Shown here: in pieces, positions 29,018-39,857 of the stretch | Layout of the letters: the number at the start of each line of letters is the position of its first letter | Position numbering within the stretch: position 1 is the stretch's first letter | Assembly: GCA_963740315.1 (NCBI GenBank) | Contig: CAVUDP010000001.1 | Span: 704,001 to 768,000, forward strand | Direction: 5' to 3' | From: an uncultured cyanobacterium | GTDB taxonomy: Bacteria; Cyanobacteriota; Cyanobacteriia; Cyanobacteriales; Nostocaceae | Length of the DNA: 64,000 bases | Position numbers and translations under genes: made by a program | Notes under the pieces: generated by a model | What the model saw: the letters and a program-made list of their open reading frames with translations, nothing else | Databases searched by the model: none | Told to the model about the DNA's origin: nothing

Positions 29018-29842
29018 TTAATTGATGCAGGGTGTTGTCGTATAGTTAGTAATTAATAGTTCCTTACCTTTAGCCGCACTACTTTGTTTGTAATTATTCA
29101 TTCCATATTGTAATTCCCACTCAAAAATGTTCAGCGATTTAAAATTTTCTCGAATTTGAAACGAATCGTCATAGGTAATCAGCCAATTGCGATCGCATTG
29201 TTTTACAGCTTCGGCAAATCTTGTATGTTCAAAAGATGTATGCAAATTACCATCTTTACCATAGAGCTTTGATTTAGTAGCTGTAAAATATGGAGGATCT
29301 AGAAACAAAAATACATTTTTACCTTTTGGATGTAACAGTTCGCTATAATCTAAATTAGTAATTTTTACATCTTCTGATAAAATTGTTTCTAATTTTTCTA
29401 AACGTTCTATTGAAGAGTAAGTAAATCGTTTGTGAAAAGCTTGTTCCGAAAAACCTCCAGCTTCAACAGTTCCCGAAAATGTAATTCTATTCAGAACGAA
29501 AAAACGGACTGCTCTTTCTAAATTTGATAATTTGTTTTTATCTACTGTGGTTAATTCTGTGAAGAGTAATTTACCATTTGTATGGCTATCTTTAATAAAA
29601 CGAATTTCTTCAATCAATTGAGGTAGATTTAATTGAGCAATCTTCCAAAAAAAGAATAATTCAGGGTTTAAATCGTTAATCCAAATTTTTAGATCGGGAA
29701 ACTTCTGCTTTAAATATATAAATAAAGAGCCGCCACCGACGAAAGGTTCTCTATATTCATCAAAATTATCTGGTAAGTACTCAATTATTTTTTTTAATGC
29801 CTTTGACTTACCTCCTGGATACCGGAGAGGACTTTTAATCAT
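29018..29842 (-). CDS. dam: Dam-family N6-adenine DNA methyltransferase (likely GATC, DmtA-like)
   Basis: SPLRYPGGKS, EPFVGGGS and LDPPY in alpha-class order. Confidence 0.88.
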   Translation of the reverse strand: MIKSPLRYPGGKSKALKKIIEYLPDNFDEYREPFVGGGSLFIYLKQKFPDLKIWINDLNPELFFFWKIAQLNLPQLIEEIRFIKDSHTNGKLLFTELTTVDKNKLSNLERAVRFFVLNRITFSGTVEAGGFSEQAFHKRFTYSSIERLEKLETILSEDVKITNLDYSELLHPKGKNVFLFLDPPYFTATKSKLYGKDGNLHTSFEHTRFAEAVKQCDRNWLITYDDSFQIRENFKSLNIFEWELQYGMNNYKQSSAAKGKELLITNYTTTPCIN

Positions 29843-29887
29843 AATTAATAAAGTTACACATTGATTTTTGATTATACATAAATTGCA

Positions 29888-31033
29888 CTAAGAATTACTT
29901 GCTATTTCTATTTTAAGTTTTTGATGATGCCGAGCCTCCAAAGCTAACTTCTTGATAATTTCTTTTTGCTTATTGTTAAATATATTATTGTTTGCTTGTA
30001 AAAATACTTCTAATTCATCGGTTGATGCATCTGGAAAGAGAATAGAGCCGATAATATTTATCCCAGTCAATTTTAGTTTTGTAATAAAATTAACGCTTTT
30101 TCCATCAAGAGTTAGCGAGTCTAAATTAGAAAATAAAATTAGCTTGAATAAACCATCTTGAATATCAGGAAGCTTTGGGAATGAATCTTTTGATGTATTT
30201 TTAGACTCTTGGATGATGTACATATTATTTTCATGGAATATCTCATCAGGAGTCAAATAATAAACACCTCCCAAATAGTTCTCAATACTAAAAGTTGCTT
30301 TTAACCCATCTACTAGATATTCTAGTTTATGAGAAGTAAGAGCTTCTCTTTTACTAGCACTTTGAGAACCTTTAAGAGAAATATTCTTAAACTCTTCAAA
30401 TTCTTCGGAAATGCTTTGTAAATACTTATTCATTCCTCTTCTTGAATGAATTTTTACTTTGGTTTGCTCAGAAATACGTTCGTAAGAATTGAGGGCTTGT
30501 TCAAAAATTTGAGTAAATCTTTGTTCAAATAAGTTTTTGTTCCAGTGCAAAGCGCTTTGACGGTAATCTAGTATTTCTTGAATTTGAGCTTTAACAAAGT
30601 TATTATTAAATCCTTGTTTAGTTAACTTATCCTTATTTTCTTGACCTTTCTTATTACTTTTTTCTGCTGTCTCATAGTAAGCTAAAACAATATATATATT
30701 TAGTAAATTCATCCAAGAAATAGTAGAATATTGAATTCTATCTCAATCGCCATCTTTCCCTTCATCTTTGATAACAGGAATAATAGTTAACACTTTAGAT
30801 GAATTATAAGTATTATAAATTCTGGCGAATGGATAACTTCTAGTTCTTTTAGGTGATACCCATTGTGAATAGGCGATTTCAGTTGCAGGTGATTTTATTA
30901 ATCCATAAGAGTTGCCTTGATTAACATTAAAGGTATCTAAATTAATTTCTTTTAAAGGTTCATTTAAATAGGTTTTGTAAGTCACTCCTTTGATAAATCC
31001 GGTAAAATGTAAAATATTAGTCATATTTTGCAA
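29888..31033 (-). pseudogene. Type II restriction endonuclease (MjaIII-like) interrupted by an in-frame TGA
   Basis: The 96-aa and 274-aa ORFs are one frame: ..IKDEGKDGD*DRIQYSTISWMNLL.., TGA at 30745-30743. Motifs WVSPKRTRSYPFAR and TPDE..ESK; lies directly upstream of the MTase. Confidence 0.8.
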
Positions 31034-31237
31034 ATTTTTTGAATTATTTTAATTAATCCTACTTAGTCAGTCACAAATGGTTGATGGTGCGTGACGCTAC
31101 AAACCTTATTACTACGTTCAAACGAGATAAATGCGTCACACACCCTACAAAAAAAATGTGCCAGTTGATTAGTAAATATATCAAAATATTGTTACTTTAA
31201 TTTACTTATCAACAGAACTTGTAATTTCACTCAACCC

Positions 31238-31813
31238 ATGTCCAACTCTACTATCACTATTCCCCAAGCCTTCAAAGTCACTCACGAACAATTCAAAGAA
31301 TTAGCGATCGCCAACCGTGACTTAAGATTAGAACGAACAAAAAAAGGAGAATTAATAATAATGCCTCCCACTGGAAGCGAAACAGGAAAAAGAAACACCG
31401 ATATTATTGGACAACTATGGTTTTGGAACCGCAAAAAAAAATTAGGAGTAGTATTTGATTCATCAACGGGTTTTCATTTACCTAATGGTGCAAACCGCTC
31501 CCCAGATGCATCTTGGGTAAAATTAGAACGCTGGGAAGCACTGAGTACAGAAGAAAAACAAGGTTTTGCACCCATATGTCCCGATTTTGTTGTGGAATTG
31601 CGTTCGCCTTCTGATAACATGAAACCGCTGCGAGAAAAGATGCAGGAATATATTGAAAATGGTGCAAAATTAGGATGGTTGATTGACCGCAAAAACCGTA
31701 AAGTAGAAGTATACAAACAAGGTTTTGATGTAGAAATATTAGATAATCCCGCTTCTTTATCCGGTGAAAATATATTACCGGAATTTATCTTATATTTAGC
31801 GGAAGTTTGGTAG
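31238..31813 (+). CDS. Uma2 (DUF820) family endonuclease
   Basis: RSPDASW, CPDFVVELRSPSD, KMQEYIENG. Confidence 0.95.
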   Translation: MSNSTITIPQAFKVTHEQFKELAIANRDLRLERTKKGELIIMPPTGSETGKRNTDIIGQLWFWNRKKKLGVVFDSSTGFHLPNGANRSPDASWVKLERWEALSTEEKQGFAPICPDFVVELRSPSDNMKPLREKMQEYIENGAKLGWLIDRKNRKVEVYKQGFDVEILDNPASLSGENILPEFILYLAEVW

Positions 31814-31909
31814 TCTTTTTTTTATATTTTAAAAATTTGTAGAGACGTAGCACTGCTACGTCTCCATGAAATCATCACTTCATATTTTGCCAAAGGCTAG
31901 ACCGAAAAA

Positions 31910-32323
31910 TTAACTTTCTTCCGGCTTAAAATCTAGCGAAACACCATTCATACAGTAACGCTGCCCAGTAGGTTTGGGACCATCGGCGAATACATGACCC
32001 AAATGTCCGCCGCAGTTGCTGCAATGAACTTCGGTTCTGGTCATAAACAACTTTCTATCTTCCGTTGTCTCGATCGCATCATCTATAGGTGCGTAAAAAC
32101 TGGGCCAGCCAGTACCGCTGTTGAACTTAGTTTCCGATGTAAACAAAGACTGACCGCAACCAGCACATACGTAAGTCCCTTTGCCATAATTTTTATCTAA
32201 CTGACTCGTACCAGCACGTTCGGTACCGTGTTTCCGCAAAACTTGAAACTGTTCTGGTGTCAAATCTTGCTTCCATTCTTCTTCAGTTTTACTAAGTTTG
32301 AATTGACTATTTGAAGTTGTCAT
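31910..32323 (-). CDS. msrB: Peptide-methionine (R)-S-oxide reductase
   Basis: GTGWPSF, GHLGHVF, RYCMNG, two CxxC motifs. Confidence 0.97.
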   Translation of the reverse strand: MTTSNSQFKLSKTEEEWKQDLTPEQFQVLRKHGTERAGTSQLDKNYGKGTYVCAGCGQSLFTSETKFNSGTGWPSFYAPIDDAIETTEDRKLFMTRTEVHCSNCGGHLGHVFADGPKPTGQRYCMNGVSLDFKPEES

Positions 32324-32400
32324 AGTTGCTAAAATTCCGAAAAAACAGCCTAATAACTATATTCAAACGCAAAATTGAGTTACATAACACTATCTTAAGA

Positions 32401-32541
32401 TGGGGAGAGGGGGGGAGATGGGGAGATGGGGAGAGGGGGAGATGGGGAGATGGGGAGAGGGGGAGAGGGGGTAGAGGGGGGAGAAAAAATAATAAAAAAC
32501 TCCTAACTCCTAACTCCTAACTATCAATGCCCAATTCCCAA
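32401..32541. repeat. STRR arrays (GGGGAGAT/GGGGAGAG, CTCCTAA)
   Basis: Tandem purine-rich 8-9-mers followed by heptamers. Confidence 0.85.
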
Positions 32542-32545
32542 TTCT

Positions 32546-32836
32546 TTATTCTTGATTCATGATTTTTGGAACTTTGAAATATTCGCCTTCTTGCTCTGGG
32601 GCACTTTGGAGAATTCCTTCTCTATTAGGGTAAGGTTGTAGATTGTCTTCGCGTGTCACGTTGCTGACATCGATCGCTCTGGTTGTGGGTTCTACGTTGG
32701 TAACGTCTAATTCGCTCAATTGCTCGAAGTAGTCTATGATATCGCCTAATTGAGCGGTGAATTTTTCTTCTTCTTCTGCTGTTAATTCTAAACGGGCAAG
32801 ATGAGCTACTTTACGTACTTGTTCGCGATCGATCAT
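32546..32836 (-). CDS. gatC: Asp/Glu-tRNA amidotransferase subunit C
   Basis: [23 protein letters not shown]. Confidence 0.97.
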   Translation of the reverse strand: MIDREQVRKVAHLARLELTAEEEEKFTAQLGDIIDYFEQLSELDVTNVEPTTRAIDVSNVTREDNLQPYPNREGILQSAPEQEGEYFKVPKIMNQE

Positions 32837-32975
32837 TTTTTTCTCGGTGATAAATTAATCAGTAAACATAGGATAGACGGGCAAAATACCCATCCCACAA
32901 AACCATCATAAACCTTGTGGTAGAGGCATCCCGCCCATTTTTAACAACTAACGACTAACAACTAACAACTAACAA

Positions 32976-33497
32976 CTAAAAATATACGTCAATTTGCGAT
33001 CGCCCTGTGGTTTTGAGCCAGTTTTGGGCTTCGATGTAGTTGTTGGGAGCCATGCGAATCGCTCGAATCCAGTAATCTGCGGCTCGATCGAACAGCGCTT
33101 CTCCACCATCTTCATCCCCGTCTTCTTTGGCTCTTTCACCTTTGTATTGGAAAATAACGGCGATGTTATTCAAAGCTTGGGGTAGACGGGGATTGTATTC
33201 TATAGCTTGATGATATAGTTCTAGCGCTCGATCGTGGTCGCCGTTACTAGCGTAAATTAACCCCATATTATAGAGGATATAGCTTTTGTCGGTAACGTCT
33301 TCTTCGAGTTCTAAAGCTTCCTCATAGTTGTCCAAAGCTTCGGCGTATTCACCATCTGCTTGGGCTGACATCCCATCTCGATAATAAACAAACGCTTCTT
33401 TAGCTTTTTTATCAGCTGGCAGAAGTTTCAATATCAGGTCTGCCATTACTGTAAAGGATTTGTCGATAAAATTATCGTTTTTCTGAGTTCTTGGCAT
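32976..33497 (-). CDS. ycf3: Photosystem I assembly protein Ycf3
   Basis: [36 protein letters not shown]. Confidence 0.98.
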   Translation of the reverse strand: MPRTQKNDNFIDKSFTVMADLILKLLPADKKAKEAFVYYRDGMSAQADGEYAEALDNYEEALELEEDVTDKSYILYNMGLIYASNGDHDRALELYHQAIEYNPRLPQALNNIAVIFQYKGERAKEDGDEDGGEALFDRAADYWIRAIRMAPNNYIEAQNWLKTTGRSQIDVYF

Positions 33498-33634
33498 ATC
33501 TAATCATAATTATGATGGCTTTTAATAATTATCAGCGATCGCCCTCCTAATGAGGTTCATCTGTTATCTCTTGTAACAACTACACCAAGAAAGCGCTAAC
33601 TGCCATCCTGAATAAAGTGATATATATTTCGTAA

Positions 33635-34327
33635 TTATTGATATTTTTTTTCTTTTTCTGGTGTAATGCACTCCGGACTGCTATGATTCGGATTATTAAC
33701 TTTTATACTAACTTCGTAAGCACTCATTCGATCGGATGGGTAAGGTTGCAGTAGTTCCTGTAATTGTTCGGTTTTTTGTAGTTGTGGATCTAACCACTTT
33801 TCATAATCTTTTGAAAGGAGAATAACCGGCATTCGATTATGAATTGGTTGCAATAATTCGTTAGCATCTGTAGTCACAATTGTACAAGAAGTTATCTTTT
33901 CGTCATCATCCGATTGCCATTCTTCCCACAAACCTGCAAATGCGAAAGGCTGTTTATCTTGTAACTGAAAATAATACGGCTGTTTTTTGGTTTCGAGGCG
34001 TTTCCATTCGTAAAAGCCATCCGCAAGCACTAAAGCGCGTCTGCGTTTAAAAGCAGAACGGAAAGAAGGTTTTTCTGCCACTGTTTCCGCTCTGGCATTA
34101 ATCATTCTTGCTCCCATTTTTTTATCTTTAGCCCAACTTGGAATCAACCCCCAACGGAGCGATCGGCATTCACGTTGTTCGCTTTCGGAATTATATAAAA
34201 CAGTTGCTACCATTTGCGTTGGTGCAATATTATATCGCGGCTCAAACTGGCAATTACTTGTATCGGAAATGTTAAAGGCTTTACTTAACTTATCCGCTTC
34301 CGCAATCAAAGTAAATCTTCCACACAT
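33635..34327 (-). CDS. SRAP (YedK/HMCES) abasic-site processing protein
   Basis: MCGRF, RYNIAPT, NARAET, GFYEW, HNRMPV. Confidence 0.95.
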   Translation of the reverse strand: MCGRFTLIAEADKLSKAFNISDTSNCQFEPRYNIAPTQMVATVLYNSESEQRECRSLRWGLIPSWAKDKKMGARMINARAETVAEKPSFRSAFKRRRALVLADGFYEWKRLETKKQPYYFQLQDKQPFAFAGLWEEWQSDDDEKITSCTIVTTDANELLQPIHNRMPVILLSKDYEKWLDPQLQKTEQLQELLQPYPSDRMSAYEVSIKVNNPNHSSPECITPEKEKKYQ

Positions 34328-34674
34328 ATTTTTTCTTGCTTGAATATTACAGGTCTTTTATTGAAAATAAGATAACAATTACGTCGGCTCAAAAATCTAT
34401 CTAAAGGAGTAATTATCAAACATATCGCGAAAAAATTATAGGTATCTTTCAAAACTCGAAGTTAAAAATATGTCATAAATTCGGTATTTAATTTAGCAAT
34501 AGTCCAAATATGTTGGTAAAAGAAATAATCCTTGTATCATTTTTATGTAAGAATAAAATTAGTTATAAAATTGGATAAATTATAAAAATTTTATAATTAA
34601 TATTTTCTTTTTTGAACAATATATTATAATTTAAAACTCAATTAAATAATCACTTCATTTTGATATTTTTTGGC

Positions 34675-35286
34675 ATGGAAACCCTGCGTTTGTATGATTT
34701 TTTACCATCAGGTAATGGCTATAAGATACGCTTGTTATTGACGCAAATTGGTATGCCGTTTGAGAGGATAGAGATAAATATATTAGAAGGAGAAAGTAGA
34801 ACCACCAAATTTTTAAGCATAAATCCGAACGGTAAAATACCAGTTTTAGAAATTAGCGAGGGTAAATACTTAGCAGAATCAAACGCAATATTAATGTTTC
34901 TGAGTGAAGGAACGGAATTTTTACCTTATGACCGTTTTTTAAAAGCACGGGTATTGCAATGGTTATTTTTTGAACAGTACAGTCACGAGCCATTTATAGC
35001 TACGTCTAGATATTGGATTTCTATTTTAGGTAAAGCAGACGAGTATAAAGAAGCATTAAAAGAAAAACACGAACGCGGTTATGCAGCGCTTGAGGTAATG
35101 GAAAATCATTTAACCGAGAAAACTTTCTTTGTTGGAGAGCGTTATACCATTGCTGATATTGCTTTATTCGCTTATACCCACGTTGCGGATGAAGGAGGGT
35201 TTGATTTAAGTAAATTCAAGGCAATTCAAGCTTGGATAGAAAGAGTCAAAGCGGAACCAGGATTTATTGGTATTAGTAAAGGGTAG
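34675..35286 (+). CDS. Glutathione S-transferase family protein
   Basis: SGNGYKIR, NPNGKIPVL, ESNAI, TIADIAL. Confidence 0.95.
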   Translation: METLRLYDFLPSGNGYKIRLLLTQIGMPFERIEINILEGESRTTKFLSINPNGKIPVLEISEGKYLAESNAILMFLSEGTEFLPYDRFLKARVLQWLFFEQYSHEPFIATSRYWISILGKADEYKEALKEKHERGYAALEVMENHLTEKTFFVGERYTIADIALFAYTHVADEGGFDLSKFKAIQAWIERVKAEPGFIGISKG

Positions 35287-35329
35287 ATGGGGGGATGGGG
35301 GAGAGGAAGTAGAGGGGGTAGATAATTTT

Positions 35330-35415
35330 CAACTCCTAACTCCGGTGGTCCTCACTCCTCACTCCGGTGGTCCTCACTCCTAACTCCGGTGGTCCTAACT
35401 CCGGTGGTCCTAACT
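35330..35415. repeat. CTCCTAA STRR array with four GGTGGTCC insertions
   Basis: CTCCGGTGGTCCT(C/A)A repeated 4 times among CTCCT(A/C)A heptamers. Confidence 0.85.
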
Positions 35416-35862
35416 GTTCCCTATTCCGTTTTTCAACATGGTTACATGAAGTACACCTGTCTTTTTTGATGGATATTCTCGGCTCACAACTTCAAAGCCA
35501 AATTTACGATAAAAATCAACTGCGGTGGTGCGTGCTTCTAAAATAATCGATCGCGCTGCTTCCATTTTCGCTTTATCAATTAAAGCTTGCATTATCGTTT
35601 TACCTAAACCTTTTTTTTGATAGCTTGGCTCAACTACCATCTGATGTATTTGATAAACTTTGTTTTCACCCGGTGTCAATATTCCGTAAGCTATAACTTT
35701 GTTGGTATTTTCTTCTTTAATAACCGCGTGAATGGCGATCGATTCGCGATGATAATATACTGTTGAAAAAGGTAAATTATGTTCTGCAAAAAAAAGTTTA
35801 TATCTTAATTTGCAAGCTTGGAGATATTCGGGGCTGTTGGTGTCTATAAATTTAAGCTGCAT
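35410..35862 (-). CDS. GNAT family N-acetyltransferase
   Basis: QMVVEPSYQKKGLGK, AVDFYRKFGF. Confidence 0.92.
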   Translation of the reverse strand: MQLKFIDTNSPEYLQACKLRYKLFFAEHNLPFSTVYYHRESIAIHAVIKEENTNKVIAYGILTPGENKVYQIHQMVVEPSYQKKGLGKTIMQALIDKAKMEAARSIILEARTTAVDFYRKFGFEVVSREYPSKKTGVLHVTMLKNGIGNS

Positions 35863-35892
35863 TGTCTGATTTTATATTTAACTAAGCAAAAG

Positions 35893-35925
35893 AAAAAGCC
35901 TTGAAACTAATTTCAAGGCTGTTTT
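35893..35925 (-). terminator. Intrinsic terminator downstream of the lipoxygenase gene
   Basis: AGCCTTGAAA-CTAA-TTTCAAGGCT stem followed by a U-tract on the minus strand. Confidence 0.7.
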
Positions 35926-35966
35926 ATAAAAAGTGCGGTTTATTCTTTTTTTATGCTTGACTACTT

Positions 35967-37805
35967 CTAAAAACTTGTACTATTGGGTATCTTAGAGGGA
36001 AGAAAAACGGGGTAGCATTCTTGACGACGTTTATTTCGTGCTTCAATCCTTCTTTCTACTACTTCTAAGCGATTCTGCAAACCTTTAAGAACTCTAATAG
36101 CTCTGGGATCTTGAAAGCTGTTTTTACCGAAATCTGTAAATGCTTTAGGGTCAAATTTAGCACTAATGTTAGCTATAAGTTGAATTTGAGCTAAAGCTAG
36201 TTTTGTTTCTGGTAGAAAAGCGATTAAGCTATTTTCCGAGGTGAATTTCCCTTTAGCTGTAGGAATAGGCTGGTAAAGCGCTCCAGGCATATTGGGAATA
36301 AAAGCCATATATTGATATTGAACCAAAGCGATAGCTGAGTGTTGCGGACTTGCGGTAAAAATAATTGTTGTTAAAATTTCTATTAATTGGTCGCGGTTTA
36401 TCAACTTTGCTGGTAGAGAAGATACACCAAAACCACCTTCATTAACGGGTTTTCGTAAAGCTTCGATCCAATTTTGTAGCTCGAAATCCTGCCGCACATC
36501 GTGGTTCGATTTGTAATAAATTCCGATATATCGACTTATATAGTCTTCCAAGGTGTTCCAAAGCAGCAACCCATCGTCTCGATAGGGAAAATCTCTCAAT
36601 GTAGAAGGATTATCTACACCCCGTTGGCGTAAATTATTGGGGAGAGCAAAGCTGCTGAAATTGTTGAAAAAGTCAGATACACCTCGTTCGGTAAGTTTGA
36701 GCGAGCTTTCCAAAGTGCCGGGAAAGATTACATCTACTAATCCTCCTGGATTGATCAACACTTCATCACCACGGCTATTAGTTGCCATTATGAACTCAAA
36801 GTGAGGCTTTAAAAGGACGTTTACGGGATGGCGAGCGGCGAGTTCCCTTACTGTCGCTAAAGCTATTGGTTCCATTACTAAATGAATTTGTCCCAAGTGC
36901 CGGTAAAGTTCATGCACGTAAAGATCGGCAGTCTGGGCAATTAGCTTGGCGAGCTGCCATTCAACACCATCCAAAGGCGTGCAAAGCAAACTTTCTCCTG
37001 GTACCTGCCCTAATTGAATCACAATGGGAATTAATTGAAAGCCACTGCGTCTTTTATCAGCAAAATAAAGCGCAATTGGGGCACTGAGAAATCTATTCTC
37101 TTGCGGTTGAACGCTCTCAAGTATCTCATAATCGGTAACAAACAAACCACCTTCTCGAATAGCTCCCTCAAGAGTTTGATTAATGCGTTTTCTGCCAGTA
37201 TATGCACTTAACACGGCTTGAAAAATCTCATCCGTTATCGCAAGTTTATCTTGAAGATTGTAATCAAGGGCTAGAACATTCCTCAATTCCATTGGATTGG
37301 GACCAGAAAGTCGCTGTTGGGCAAATACATCATCGCTGCGGAAATCTTGAGCAATATCGGGTAACGGTAAAACGGGAAACAGTGCCGCGTAGTCATCCAA
37401 GCTTTGGAATGGTTTTGGATTATCCAGAAATGCTTGTTGATTGGCTGCTGTTTTTTCCGATAAAGTTACTCGATTATCGTTATATCCGTCAGAAAATGCT
37501 TCTTGCTCGGGTAGAGTCTCGACTCTGGGTGAATTTGGTAGTCGTAACTCTAACTGATATTCTTCGCGAGTCTGTTGCAACTGCATTTGTCGTTCTTGTT
37601 GAGTTACGCTTGAATCCTTCTGAGGCAAGGTTGGGATGGTGGGATTATCTGGAGGTTCGGGTGTTGGAGGTTCGGTGTCATTTTCTAGTAAAGTTTCTAA
37701 ACCAGAAGTACAAGTTAGAGCCATCAGCGCCATCATGGTACGGCGCGAAAAAACGTACTGCTCGACTAACTCTTGTCGTTTTTGGTTTGGAGTTAACTTT
37801 CGCAT
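35967..37805 (-). CDS. Lipoxygenase
   Basis: FAQQRLSGPNP, WQLAK, HELYRHLGQIH, HPVNVLLKPH, FPYRDDG, QHSA, IPNS. Confidence 0.93.
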   Translation of the reverse strand: MRKLTPNQKRQELVEQYVFSRRTMMALMALTCTSGLETLLENDTEPPTPEPPDNPTIPTLPQKDSSVTQQERQMQLQQTREEYQLELRLPNSPRVETLPEQEAFSDGYNDNRVTLSEKTAANQQAFLDNPKPFQSLDDYAALFPVLPLPDIAQDFRSDDVFAQQRLSGPNPMELRNVLALDYNLQDKLAITDEIFQAVLSAYTGRKRINQTLEGAIREGGLFVTDYEILESVQPQENRFLSAPIALYFADKRRSGFQLIPIVIQLGQVPGESLLCTPLDGVEWQLAKLIAQTADLYVHELYRHLGQIHLVMEPIALATVRELAARHPVNVLLKPHFEFIMATNSRGDEVLINPGGLVDVIFPGTLESSLKLTERGVSDFFNNFSSFALPNNLRQRGVDNPSTLRDFPYRDDGLLLWNTLEDYISRYIGIYYKSNHDVRQDFELQNWIEALRKPVNEGGFGVSSLPAKLINRDQLIEILTTIIFTASPQHSAIALVQYQYMAFIPNMPGALYQPIPTAKGKFTSENSLIAFLPETKLALAQIQLIANISAKFDPKAFTDFGKNSFQDPRAIRVLKGLQNRLEVVERRIEARNKRRQECYPVFLPSKIPNSTSF

Positions 37806-37995
37806 TTTTCTTTTCCCCTATAAAATTAGCAGTCCTTTATATCTTTATGGGTATTATTACTTCAAAATATGCACTAATCAAAAAAAAATAGTCACAAAAT
37901 ATTGATGGTAAAAATTACAATCAGTAATAATTACTTCAAAACTTCGCATTCAATTGCAATAATCTATACATTGATTAGTAGTAAATATTAAATAG

Positions 37996-38733
37996 TTAAA
38001 ATACGGTCTTTTCAAAAAACAATAAAGACAAAAAGAAATCCAGTATAAAAATTGTTACCCAACTGCTGACAACAGCTTTAGTTGAAGATTCTCCAACTTC
38101 CTTCGCACCTCCACAAGTTGCTAAACCGTGACTGCAACCAATAAAAGCAACTAAAATTCCAAAAATAAAACCTTTGAGCAAAATAATATATAAATCAGAT
38201 GGTTCTAGAAAATCTCTCACCGATTCTAAAAATACCTCTGGAGCTACTTCATAAAACCCTGCTGCGGCAAAAATTCCACCGATGATTCCAATCGTCAAAG
38301 AAAAAAGAGTTAATATTGGTAATATTAAACAGCAAGCAATTACTCTCGGAAGAACTAAATAATCAATAGGATTAGTTCTCAACATATAAAGCGCATCAAC
38401 TTGTTCGGTAACAATCATTGCACCTATTTCCGCAGCAAAAGCCGAACCCACTTGCCCAGCAACTATACTAGCCGTTAAAATTGGGGCTAATTCTCGACAG
38501 AAAGCTAAAGCAAAAGCACCACCAACAGCATTAACTGCTCCAAACCTAACTAATTCTCTTGCAGTTTGAATCGTAAAAATCATACCTGCAAAAAAGCTTA
38601 CCAGTAGCACCGGCGAAAGCGAACCCGGTCCGACTTTCACCATATGTTCTAAAACATTGCGGTAACAGGTTCTCCCTTGTAACAAACGCAACCAAACTTG
38701 ACCAAATAGCAATAGAGCGGAAATAAAACGCAC
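37996..38733 (-). CDS. mlaE: MlaE-family lipid ABC transporter permease
   Basis: RELAPILTA, GSAFAAEIG, EQVDAL, GGAKEVG..TTKAVV-like motifs. Confidence 0.92.
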   Translation of the reverse strand: MRFISALLLFGQVWLRLLQGRTCYRNVLEHMVKVGPGSLSPVLLVSFFAGMIFTIQTARELVRFGAVNAVGGAFALAFCRELAPILTASIVAGQVGSAFAAEIGAMIVTEQVDALYMLRTNPIDYLVLPRVIACCLILPILTLFSLTIGIIGGIFAAAGFYEVAPEVFLESVRDFLEPSDLYIILLKGFIFGILVAFIGCSHGLATCGGAKEVGESSTKAVVSSWVTIFILDFFLSLLFFEKTVF

Positions 38734-38866
38734 AACTTATATTTCTTGCTTTTGGTTGCAATTTTACAGCTATTCACTATTTAGATGCGAATAATATTAT
38801 GGGGAGTAGGGAGTAGGGAGTAGGGAATGAGGAATGGGGAAAAGGCAAATAAATGTAGGGTTGCCT

Positions 38867-39094
38867 TTATTCATCTGTATCAATTTCAATCAACTTTTGA
38901 CGCGAGGAAGCACCAGATTTAATCCGGATATAAGATTTCGGTACCTTAAACTTTTTTGACAACACTTTGATTAACTCTTCATTAGCCTTACCATCTACAG
39001 GTGGCGATTTTAAATATATGGTAAGACTACCATCAACTTCATCGATAATTTTTTGTTGTTTAGAATTCGGTTTAACTTTAACTCTTTGTTGCAT
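38867..39094 (-). CDS. DUF167 family protein
   Basis: [26 protein letters not shown]. Confidence 0.93.
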   Translation of the reverse strand: MQQRVKVKPNSKQQKIIDEVDGSLTIYLKSPPVDGKANEELIKVLSKKFKVPKSYIRIKSGASSRQKLIEIDTDE

Positions 39095-39233
39095 AAATTA
39101 AAAATTAGGAATTGGGCATTGGGCATAGGGCATGGATAATTAAATTAATATGTAAAAAGTGCGCTATTTACTATAACGCACCTAAACAATTTATAACTGA
39201 TGAACCACTGCTAACTGTTAACTGCTAACTGAA

Positions 39234-39779
39234 TTAAAGTTGTCCTGGATTACCGTTACCAATTACAGAAATTTTATGTCGATAAACTAATTCGCCACCG
39301 TACCAACCGGAAACACCAAGAAGTGTAGCTACGACAGTTGAAAGTCCTAATCCCCAAGGTAATACCGCTCCTGCGGGAGAACCCAAGCGCAATACTAAAT
39401 TGATTAAAGTTAATAATAGAGCTGCTATATTAAGAGCCATATGCGCCCAACCAGCAGTGCGTAAACGGGTTCTTCCTATTCTGAAAAAGTCCAACATTCC
39501 AGTTATAGCAGCCAAAATACCGGCTGCAAAACCACCTATGATTAAATAGAAAGCTGCTCTTGCCCAAAAGACATCATTAGTGAACCAGAAAATACCATCT
39601 GATAAAAACGCACCAACTAAAAAAGCAATGGGAAATTGTACAAGAATCGGGTGAATTGGATGTCCTAAAACAGCTACAGTACTAGGTACGCCAGCATCCC
39701 GAAATTCTCTATCGTCTGTCTCCAAAACATTAGGAATATTAGGATATGGAGATGTTCTTCTGTCTTGAGTTTCTGTCAT
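39234..39779 (-). CDS. DUF2231 membrane protein
   Basis: GHPIHPILVQFPI, GWYGGELVYRH. Confidence 0.9.
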   Translation of the reverse strand: MTETQDRRTSPYPNIPNVLETDDREFRDAGVPSTVAVLGHPIHPILVQFPIAFLVGAFLSDGIFWFTNDVFWARAAFYLIIGGFAAGILAAITGMLDFFRIGRTRLRTAGWAHMALNIAALLLTLINLVLRLGSPAGAVLPWGLGLSTVVATLLGVSGWYGGELVYRHKISVIGNGNPGQL

Positions 39780-39857
39780 GATTAATTAAAGATTAAAGGG
39801 TAAATAAATTTTGGATTTTGGATTTTGGATTTTGGATTATTAGTTAAAGGTAACTGA

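Noticed and set aside
30743..30745. Selenocysteine or programmed readthrough at the TGA
   Set aside because: No evident SECIS-like hairpin and not a redox-site context; a nonsense mutation or sequencing error is simpler.
37202..37905. 229-aa and 89-aa plus-strand ORFs
   Set aside because: Antisense shadows of the lipoxygenase gene with no recognisable motifs.
38546..38761. Possible frameshifted 5' extension of mlaE
   Set aside because: A GTG start at 38733 gives a near full-length protein; cannot be decided without an alignment.
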